In this document: one piece after another, positions 46,301 to 64,000 of the stretch
Position numbering within the stretch: position 1 is the stretch's first letter
Layout of the letters: every line of letters starts with the position of its first letter
NCBI GenBank assembly: GCA_963693365.1
Contig: CAVNZM010000017.1
Span: 6,624,708-6,688,707 of the forward strand
Source of the DNA: Amoebidium appalachense
Lineage: Eukaryota > Protista > Ichthyosporea
Direction of reading: 5' to 3'
DNA length: 64,000 nt
Notes under the pieces: generated by a model
Seen by the model: only the letters and a program-made list of their open reading frames with translations
Database searches by the model: none
What the model was told of the DNA's origin: nothing
Program-made: the position numbers and the translations under genes

Positions 46301-46492
46301 ATATCCCTATCATCTAAGTCAACTAAAAGAAATCATGTCGAGGTGGGCAGTATCATCACATCAGAGTATATCACTTCATACATACAAAAGAAGCATCCTG
46401 GTCAAGAAACCGGAAACAAAGAGGAGACTCGAGAAGAAGAAGAATAAAAACAAAACTTCAAACAGGCCAACCACTAAATGTAGCCCAAAGTC

Positions 46493-47554
46493 CTAAAGTG
46501 AGCGTCCATCTCTGCGGCGTGCCAATGCGTAGGCCATCCCTGGCACCCGGCCAAACGTCTGACGGCGGCGAGTGCGTGAGGATGTCCCGCCTTCGTAGGC
46601 CACCACCACCAACTGCCAGCGGATAGACATGAAAGTGTGCTTCCAATCATCCTTGCCCTCAAAAAGTCCCGCCAACAACGGGAACTCCTCAGCATTGTCA
46701 GAAATCAACCTCTTGATCGTGTCGAAAGCCTCAACCGAGTCTGCGTTTGCTAGCGTGAAGTGAAACTTAACCCCGTCCCCGCGTATCTTGTCGCCGTTGT
46801 ATGCAGCATAGGTGGGAATGGTGCGCATGCCGTCCGTCAACATCTTCAACACCTCGCAGTTGGGCATGATGATGCGCGCAGCCGCTGGTTTCACCTCAGC
46901 TACCAACCCGCTCTCCTCAGGAACCAACTGGACGGGAGAACAATCACAGTGCCCCTCACCGCTCTGTGCAGGGAGGGACCGTGGGGGGCCGTAGTATTGA
47001 GGGCGACGAAACGAGGGCCAGTCCGTAGTGCTGGTGGCCCACGTGCCCAGGGGCTTGCTGCCTTCGTATGTGCGAATCGCCGTGTCGGGGTGGACGGACT
47101 TCTGCGCCGCCTCAAGCTGTGTGTTGAGTTCGTGCAAGAACTGAAGCACGGCCTGAAGTGTCTGCTCCCCTCCGGGTCCCCCAGCCTCTACAAAACCTGC
47201 TACTGTGATGTGGAATAGACCTCCCCACGAGACGAAGTTGGCACCGCTAACCTGCGGGTCAGGTGACTCTTGGCAGAGAGCGTAAAACGCGCGTACTTCG
47301 CTAAGGAACGGGTTGTGTGCATTGTGAGGGCAGTGGTCCTGGGGGATGACGTAAACGCCGAAACATTTGTCGAGAAGGAGGGAGGCGAGGCAAGCCTCAG
47401 CGACCAATTGGTTTGTCAGAGCCGCGCCATGTTTGAGCGAGGGGGCTAGGAGCACACGAGTAGCCACCTCCGAAGAGGTGTTGACACTCACTTCGCTGAG
47501 CATGGCACGGAGAGACGCACTGTAGGTGCAAGCGGGCGGACCAGAGAGACACAT
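46493..47554 (-). CDS. Intronless 2H-phosphoesterase-superfamily-like protein (~350 aa; alternative start 47503)
   Basis: Clean ORF with two hydrophobic-H-x-T-hydrophobic motifs, LFHITVAGF (47212-47204) and KFHFTLAN (46762-46754). An N-terminal strand FGVYVIP precedes the first motif, as is typical of 2H domains. Confidence 0.65.
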   Translation of the reverse strand: MCLSGPPACTYSASLRAMLSEVSVNTSSEVATRVLLAPSLKHGAALTNQLVAEACLASLLLDKCFGVYVIPQDHCPHNAHNPFLSEVRAFYALCQESPDPQVSGANFVSWGGLFHITVAGFVEAGGPGGEQTLQAVLQFLHELNTQLEAAQKSVHPDTAIRTYEGSKPLGTWATSTTDWPSFRRPQYYGPPRSLPAQSGEGHCDCSPVQLVPEESGLVAEVKPAAARIIMPNCEVLKMLTDGMRTIPTYAAYNGDKIRGDGVKFHFTLANADSVEAFDTIKRLISDNAEEFPLLAGLFEGKDDWKHTFMSIRWQLVVVAYEGGTSSRTRRRQTFGRVPGMAYALARRRDGRSL

Positions 47555-50074
47555 GTGTGCTTGGCGAGTGTTCTTGTGGGTACGTTTTGTTGGCGACACA
47601 CCTGTCTAGAGTCTGCGTGCCAACTGGGGCGTACCAGCCCCAAGGGGAACGCTGCTGTTGGCTACGTAGCGTCTTGTATTGCTATACTAAATTATAGGAC
47701 TTTTAAAATGGGTTGGCGTGCTATTTTCCAAGTTTGAAAATCTTCGTGTTGTCTCTCTCTCTCTCGCCCCACTTCTGTTTTCTTCTCAAGTCCGTTTCTG
47801 TTTGTTTCGGGCCGTTTCTGCCCCGAGCAAATACCGTTTCTATATCGTTCAACTTGGTGAATTCACAGTTCACGGTGACGCACTGACGACTGGTTGCCAC
47901 AAGCTGCCGGCGTTTTCTAAAAGATTTCGCACAAACGGTATGCCGTGACAGACAACCAATGAAAAATAAACGTTTACAAGGGGCCAGAGCTCAGTGAGAG
48001 CCAGCACCCAGCGGGGCGGAAGCTCATCTGCTCCAATATTAAATTTCTCTACATATAATGATAATTTTACTAAAAAATTGTTATTGAATTATTGTTTCTG
48101 TTTTTGTTTTTTTTGGTAGCTTTGGCTCTCTACTAACAATGTGTATAAGAAAAGCCTTTTGCGTGAACTGAGCACTGTGCGTATGCAGAGAGCCAATCAC
48201 ATCTCATCACTTGGGAAACTGTTCTCTGGCTGTTCCCAGTGCTTTTAAGTCGCTGATTGGTTGTCATTCAGTCAATAAATAGTTGTGATCGCTGTATGAG
48301 ATTTCATTGGCTACTTGAGCTTCGCGCTGATGCTATTGGGCCGAATAGGAGCGCCACATGTACCTCCTCCTAGAGCACAACCACTTCAAGTGATAAGAAA
48401 TTCAGGAAAACACGTAAATTCCCCTAATGAATCCCACTTTCTATAAAACATCTACATCACAGGCATTTTTCTTAGAAAACATTTTTTTATTTTATTGCGC
48501 ATAAGTTATAAAGATTCTACTTGAGCCAACGGTTTCAATAAGGTGTAACGCATCAACGGTTTCGAAAATCATTTTTAAATTCATTTAGGGTATTGGTGAG
48601 ATGTGAAAAGGGTTTAATAAAAAGGGGTGTCTAGAGAACATACAACGTTGGCACCTGCGCTGACAATAGGAGTGTGTAAAAGCAGTGATATCTATGCGAA
48701 AATTAGAAATGCTATGAGATTTTAAGGTAGAATACACCTCCCTCGTTATGCTTTCTTTCCTCCCCCTCCCTCCATCCCTCTTCCCCCCCAATTCACCAAC
48801 GCTACTTCTGAATGTCCTCAGCCTACCCTCTTTCAACTTGATTCTTCCTCTCGCTATCTCACTCCCTCTTTCTTTTCTCTTCCTGTTTTTTCTGCCTTTT
48901 CGCGTTATTACCATACGCAGTATAAGTTTCTTTCTCGTTCTGATAGAGACATCAAATTTTTTTAAAGGTAAAATTCAGTCGGCATGTGTTATTTTCCCTA
49001 AGGCAACACCGTACTGATCATTATCGCTTTTTGGGAGCTTTGGCAGGATATATTTCTCCAGCTGTACGTATGGATACCACCCAAGTAGATAAGTCTGTAT
49101 GGTGCCCTGATGTTGATATTGCATGGGAAGTTGTGCAGTGGCGTTGTAATTTTTGTTTCATCGCCGCTGGTGCCACTTTTGTGCTGAACTTTTTAATCGC
49201 AAGCATGTTGATAGGTGTGAGTTTTTATGTCGCGTTTTTGTTTTACCTCTTTCCCTACGGGTGTCTGCTACACTGGCTGGCAATGTGACCACTTTAGACT
49301 TTTTGTTGAATTCTGTTGGTCGTCACACTGAGTATTTATATGATTTTCACACCCTGTTCAGGTATCTCAGTATGCACTTGTTACTGGATAACTCGTGAAA
49401 TTTTTATTGTCTTCTCAGTATGCCGTGCATACGTACTTGCATCTCTTTCCGTCGAATTAATCCAGTCAAAAGAAAAAAAAATACACCCTTCACGTTTATC
49501 AATATCACATAAATGATAAAATGGGGGCATATTTTGAGCCGGCATACTGTCGACGTCATAATTCGACCAGCTGATTGGCTCATACGTGACACCCCAAGCT
49601 CGAAAAGCAAATGTTGAATCATCCCGCAAATGTTGAAATTTCGGAATCGGCACTCATGTTACGCTCAAATTCTCACACTACACTACGCAACGCAACCCAA
49701 GGTGATGGGCCAACTTGGCCACCCGCGGTACATCCCAAATGGGTTGGCTACTTGAACCTGAAACTGGGAGCTATGTTTACAAGTTACGCGCGGACGGGCG
49801 GTGGTTATTGGGCGGTTGTCCCCGGGATTTACCCGCACACGCGGGGTACTCATAGGTCCCTGCTAAGCCCACTTCTTTTCAACCTGCCAGTATATTGACG
49901 ATTTGGCTGACGCCCTTTCTGCGGCACAAATTGACGGGGGGTTGCCTTCCAAGGCCCCACCCGCCCTCTTTTTCGCCGACGATATTGTGCTTATGTCATC
50001 CGATCCTATCGAATTACGTCAATATATACGTGTGGTTGAACACTGGTGCCACCGTAATGACATGAAGGTTAACG

Positions 50075-52714
50075 CACGGCCATCTAGAGACTCAGGCCGT
50101 CCGTCAGTGACGTAATCGGAATTTTCTCATTAGCTTGCGCAAGATTTGAGTCTAGCGGAAGGTACGGTCTATTTTTTGGCGGGAAAAACTATCCCCTTAG
50201 ATTTATCCGGCTATGGCAGCAACGTGATTACGGAAGGGAGTAAAATTATTTAAATTCTCAAATAGACGATTCCAGGCATCTGATTGGATCTATAAACGAA
50301 ACAGCCGATTACAGAGGGGCGGTTAATCGCCGGTCTGTGTGGCCTGCGCCGTTGCAGTTCACGGCAACGGGGAGCAGGTGAGGGCGGCGTGTTGACGGGA
50401 CAGTATCATCGAATACAGCCCAGCATTACATTTCACACGTGGTGGGCTTAAGGCCCACCTCGCCCGCTCTTTGCAATACTTCTTTCGGCTTTTCATTTTC
50501 TGCCTTACCAACCCAAAGATGGGCAACCCATGTTTTGTGTACAACTGCAAGAGTAACTATGCTAGCGAAGTCCGAAAGAATAGGGGCAAGGAGAACATAG
50601 ACCCACAGGGAAAGATCAACCCTGAAGGAACTGTTTCTACCTTTAGGTTTCCAAATCCCGATAAGGAGCCTGAGTTATGGGAGCTGTGGTATAACAACTG
50701 CAGCAAAGCAGGGACCACCTGGGATGGTGTTGAACACTTCAAACAAATTTACAAAGACGGTAGGCCTCACGTTTGCGTTAAGCATTTCCTTTATGAAGAC
50801 TACCTCCCAAGAGGTGCTACAAATGACAGACACCCGCAGCCCGTTAAGCAAGTTACGTTCGCAAGGGACCCAAAGTCCTACCCTGCCATCGCCCCCCGCA
50901 TCTTTTGTGACCCACATGACCCCGCAAAAACCATTGTTCTCCCGGCGACAAAATTGGTGATTCGTACTGCAGCATTCAAAAGAGAAGCGCGGAGGGAAGA
51001 GGAGGAAACGGCAGAGCGCAAGAAAGCGGAGGAAGAGGAGAAGCAACGGGTTCAGGAGGAGAATGAAGAGCGCAAGTTGGCTGCACAACAAAAGCGCTTG
51101 CGCGAGTTAAATGAGCGGGAAGCAGCAGAGCGCACCAAGCAAGCTGCACTTGAGCAGGAAAGAGCACGCGAGCTTGCGGACCACATTAAGCTACCGGACC
51201 CTGTCTTTATTGATAGTGTTTGCCAAATCGTCCAGTACCACCCGGGCTGGTCGGCCCACAGGACCCCTGCCGGCGTTGTTTTGTCTTGTTCAACACACAC
51301 CCACGTCTAGATGGCCGTGATGCTTGAACTGACACGTGCCAGTCGGCAACGATTAGTAATGTGACACTCAACAACTTCGTAAAGAACGAAAACTACAGAC
51401 TGCGGTTGGAGGCGCTGCTGAAACAGAAAAAGAAAGCGGAAAAGGAGGGGAAAGGCGGGAAACCAACAAACCAAACCGGCCACCCCAAACCTGCACAGTT
51501 AGATCAGATGGTACGTAAGGAGGACAATATCATGCACAGGGTAAGTTGAACGTGTGATGAATGTATATAGTTCAGTGCTAGCAAATATACGAACTTTCCT
51601 ACATCAGCTCTATTGTTTCCTCAATAGCAAACTGTCAATAGCCACGGTCAATAGCAACAGTCATATGGCAGTGTGTTGTGAATAGGGATAGATCTATAGT
51701 TTGCAGACTTAGTAGTTCGAAGTATAGGGGTTCTTGTGTTAGCAACACCCAAACAACTCAGTGTACTCAAGCCAAGCACACACTTACGCCCACGCATACA
51801 CACGCACACACACAGACACAGACACACACACACACACACACGTGAGCATGTGATTATTAGGGCACAATGTACACGTAGGTAATATTACATACCATTTGCA
51901 TAGATTCGGGCTACATTTTCTTTGCGTCTTCAATTTGGATTGAGAGAAAAGCAGAGTAAAACAAGTAGAGTATTTGGGTTTAGCAGCAGAAGTTGTACCT
52001 TTAGGTGGGTGCTTGACAACTCAAACGTTAACAACAGTAAACAACGGGTTGAACACGGGTTGATCGTAGCTTTGGGGAGAATGGTACACGATGAACACCG
52101 ATACGTTTGTAACCAAAGAGACTTCTGTTTACAACGGATAAAAGAAAAAAGAGTGCCTAAGATTCTACTTGCATCTAAAACGTGTTGCTCTGTGTCAAGC
52201 TGTCAGTAAGAGGCAGAAAGAAACAACGGAAGCACTCACAGAAAGCACTCACCACCGAATAGCTGCTGCATTCAGTAGCGATGAAGGTTGCAGACTGCGC
52301 AGCCTGGGCTCGGTTGTTATCCCCGCGTGCCTTGAACGCGCCGTTCTACAGCTCTTCGACCAAGTTATGCCTTTCTTAGTGTGCCAACGTTAACACAAAA
52401 AAAACGTGGTAGTTCAGTGACGTTCCGTGTTACATATGTGTCCGCGAATATCCCGTCGGGTCATCAACAGACCCGGATCTGACCCATATGTGGATCTTCT
52501 GCTATTAGTTATCAGTCTAGATGAACCAGAAGTTGACCCGAATCGTTAGCATCGGAACCACGTCGCGATTACATAATCGTCGCACGTAGGAAAAGTAGAC
52601 CGTACCCCCCTGTGGAATGCAGAATAGCCTTTTTTGGTTCGGTCGTCATTATCCCGGGAATCTTGATGGCGACGGACGGCCTGAGTCTCTAGATGGCCGT
52701 GCTAGATGGCCGTG
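50075..52714 (+). mobile_element. P-superfamily DNA transposon, internally deleted (31-bp TIR, 8-bp TSD, THAP domain)
   Basis: Perfect 31-bp TIR CACGGCCATCTAGAGACTCAGGCCGTCCGTC (50075-50105 and 52671-52701). TSD GGTTAACG at 50067-50074 and 52715-52722. Subterminal inverted GGTACGGTCTA.TTTT near 50161 and 52595. An extra 13-bp copy of the terminus sits at 52702-52714. Confidence 0.92.
50519..51310 (+). CDS. THAP zinc-finger plus coiled-coil protein (truncated P-type transposase N-terminus)
   Basis: C2CH THAP signature: CFVYNC ... FRFP ... WELW ... VCVKHF ... AIAPRIF, followed by an E/K/R-rich coiled coil. The ORF ends at a TAG inside a TIR-derived fragment. A likely transposase C-terminal remnant is at 51340-51549. 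Confidence 0.8.
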   Translation: MGNPCFVYNCKSNYASEVRKNRGKENIDPQGKINPEGTVSTFRFPNPDKEPELWELWYNNCSKAGTTWDGVEHFKQIYKDGRPHVCVKHFLYEDYLPRGATNDRHPQPVKQVTFARDPKSYPAIAPRIFCDPHDPAKTIVLPATKLVIRTAAFKREARREEEETAERKKAEEEEKQRVQEENEERKLAAQQKRLRELNEREAAERTKQAALEQERARELADHIKLPDPVFIDSVCQIVQYHPGWSAHRTPAGVVLSCSTHTHV

Positions 52715-53887
52715 GGTTAACGTTAAAAAGTGTGCCCTTTTATCAAAATCCATCCCAACCTGGGACGAAGTTTGTATTTTCGGCAGTCCCCTCCCTCGCC
52801 CAATCGAATTTGGGGATTCCGGTGGACGAATGGGGCATATAGGTAGAATCTTTATTAAGATCATGTTTTTTTTTTCTATGAAAAATATTCATCTTGACGT
52901 GGCCTTTTTTGTATGTGCCCATTCACACCGATATAACTTTGTGATCACGACGTGTAAATTTGGAATTTCGTTTTCTCCAACGAACCCCCTCAGTATTCCT
53001 TACTTGCCAATGAGGTCTACGGAGAACGGGGTTCGAAAAGTATTACGAGCCAGTCCGGTGCTGATGCGCAGCACACACTGCGAGCCCTCGTGTGTGGTAT
53101 GGTACATACGTACTACATACTATGTACATAATGTAGCTATCAACCCGTTCCATTTATTTCGATGGGAAATCAGCCAAAGCATTATAAATTACACTCCCCT
53201 TGCTAAACTTTCTTCTGTATTCAACTTTCGTTATAGCTTTGCAAACTATGTAAACAAACTCACGTTTTGCAGACCAAGCTCAGGGTTGTAATTGAGCTTT
53301 TGACTCGATATCTGATCGATCATGGCGCATTGGCTTCAATTGACTACAGTGCCCTGTGCTCTACCTTTTAGGGTTATGTTTCCGCTTCTTCCGTGTTATG
53401 TGCTCTATCATAGGCTATGCTTATGCTCTTGTTGAGCGCGTGTAGATGTCTATGGCTATGTAGTATTTCAGTTTCTAGCTTCCCGTTTCCGTATTTAGTT
53501 CTCACCTCCACTTGTTTTTGATGTAAGCATCCCTGACCCGTTTGGTCCCATGGTCCATCTCACAGCCCAACCTCGGAAGGCGGATTCGGGTGGCCCCTCC
53601 CTCTCCCCTCCCCCCCCCTCCCCTCCCCTCCCTTCCCCCCCCCCCCCCCCCCCTTCTTCCCCCCCCCCTCTCCCCCTCCCCTCCCCCCCGGCCCACCCTC
53701 TCCCCTTTCCCCTCCCCACCCCCTCTCTCCGGCCCTGCCTCCCTTCCCCCCCCCAGCCCCCTCCCCCCAACAACAACTCCCTCCTTCCCTCAGCTAACTG
53801 AACTTCAAGGGATTGCAGGTGACTGCCTCCCTTTCCCTCCCCCCACACTGTGACAGCACACCGTCTGTGTCATACACACACACCTAC

Positions 53888-53921
<34 letters not shown>

Positions 53922-53962
53922 ATAGCAGCATCAGCTGCCGTCCAGATCCTTCGGTCTCTCTC

Positions 53963-53994
<32 letters not shown>

Positions 53995-54075
53995 TGCGTG
54001 CGCGTGCGTGTGCATGTGGACGTGCAGTTTCGTTCTGATCCCCATCTTCATGCATTGGAGCAACATCAACTTGTG

Positions 54076-54145
<70 letters not shown>

Positions 54146-55148
54146 CGTGCGTGCGTGCGGTGCGTACGCGTGCGTGTGCATGTGTTTGTGTGTGTGACGC
54201 TGTAATCGATGTCTCACAAGCTGGTTTCTCATAGGTGCCAGCCTTTTTTCAGTTATGTGTCACCAATGGCATACGCTGTCGCACAAGCACTGAGTTGCAC
54301 TTTTCCCTCCCGGACAATTTTGGATCTGAAAAATAAAGAAAGTTCACGTGCTTGAAACCCGTATTGTCCCTTTTTCTTCCTTCCTGCTTCTCCCCTAAAT
54401 ATTCCTAAGATTAATAGCTGCCATCCCCTCCCCCCCCCCCCCCCCTTTCATCCCCGTCCCCCCTTTCCCTGTCCCTACACTTCGACCCTCCCCCTTTATT
54501 AGCTGACCCACATGCGCTTTTTGTTGCACTTTTGCGGATTCTCCCCGGCTATATCTCATATATATGCTCTAAAAGTGAATTCACACACCCAAACAACACA
54601 TATGTAGTGTGCCTCGTGACTGGTTCTAGCATTCGTCTCGTACCTTCTACTAGCTGCCACCACCATCCCTTGGTTGAAAACACCCGGTAATATGATAAAA
54701 AGGCACAACAAAACGACAAGCGCAAATCCGTGCACATTTAGAGCTGGTATAGGACATAACCTTAGTGAGTTACTTGTATGAATTAATGTACCATATGTAT
54801 ATAAATTTAGCTCAGAGGTCCAGCCTCTCATGGCCACAAATTTTTCTAAATTGGGTTTTGGCCCGGGTGAGTTTTTTGGAATAACAAAACCTTGCCCACT
54901 GATGAAAGTAATCGTAAAAAGAAGAAGGAACTCAGGAGAAAAAAATACTTTTTAGAGGGTCAGCTTCACATATCCTCCATGCAAACACTGCTCATAACTT
55001 CAGCATTACTCAAGCACAACTTACTACAACCTACCCTTCATGTCTGTGGCCACGTAAGCATAAAGTTATAATCCGGAGCTACCTAAATTAAATCATCAGA
55101 ATTCGTAGTCTCACTGAATCAACAAACACTGAATACCTTCGACAGCCA

Positions 55149-55181
<33 letters not shown>

Positions 55182-55236
55182 TTCCCTCCCTCCCCCTCCA
55201 GCCCAAACAAACAAATACATGATACATGACACACAT

Positions 55237-55288
<52 letters not shown>

Positions 55289-55296
55289 CCCTACAC

Positions 55297-63507
<8,211 letters not shown>

Positions 63508-64000
63508 CTGGAAAGAGAAACTAAGTCAGTGGCTGTATATGTGTCGGCCCAAAAATGCAACAAAGCCATGAAGCACTCTATGCCACAAACGTACACAGCA
63601 AATGTTCTTAAAAGAAAAAAAATCAATATCACATCCCCCCCCCCCCCCAACCAAACGCAAGCAACTCTCCAAAACTAACACCAGCTGCAAACCCTGTTAC
63701 CATCCGCTGGACGTTAGTTATGCTACAACAGAAAGCTACGGAAATTGGAATGATGTTTCCACACTAGACAACAGCTAAACAGGCCTTTGCTCCTGGACCT
63801 CCCCCCCCCCCCCCCCCTCCCCTACTCACTCAACCCCCCCATCCCATTTACTCATAACACATGCACTATGGCAATCAACAGGATACGTGAAAGGAAAGAT
63901 TATTAGATTTACAGACAAGCACGATTTTTAGGCTGACACACATGCAGATGATTTGTCTGGAGTGGAAGCCATGAGCTTGGGTGGAACACGTGGACGGGAT

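Larger units (their letters stand above)
49700..52810 (+). pseudogene. Degenerate non-LTR (LINE) reverse transcriptase fragment, split by the P-like element
   Basis: RG...SLLSPLLFN and ALFFADDIVLMS..LRQYIRVVEHWCHRNDMKVN end at 50074. The frame resumes after 52722 as VKKCALL..IFGSPLP. A stop codon and probable indels are present. Confidence 0.8.

Noticed and set aside
48986-49288. YRFLG segment resembling an RT thumb motif
   Set aside because: It lies upstream of the FADD motif, which is the wrong order, and has no other RT features.

Overview
Eukaryotic genomic DNA, probably holozoan (inferred from an ASPP-type ankyrin+SH3 gene and VCPWE motifs; the species cannot be identified from sequence). 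It is dense in (CA)n, (GA)n and long G/C homopolymers, so most ORF-track entries are low-complexity artefacts. Two intron-rich minus-strand genes bracket the window: mitochondrial asparaginyl-tRNA synthetase (14 exons, 13301 to <1) and an ASPP-like coiled-coil/RVxF/ankyrin/SH3 gene (at least 10 exons, 63507 to ~55300). Between them lie three intronless ORFs: a secreted repeat protein, a stand-alone 4x VCPWE protein and a 2H-phosphoesterase-like protein. Mobile elements with readable ends include a Harbinger-type MITE, a 4.4-kb TIR element with an 8-bp TSD and spliced cargo, a deleted Copia element, a Copia solo LTR, a Ngaro/DIRS-type gag relic, and a THAP-encoding P-like element inserted in a LINE RT relic. 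The most unexpected signal is a ~155-nt structured RNA motif repeated in two AsnRS introns. Its stems covary between copies, it forms a pseudoknot, and it carries hammerhead-like core segments in a non-canonical order. All of this was read by eye; no searches were run.
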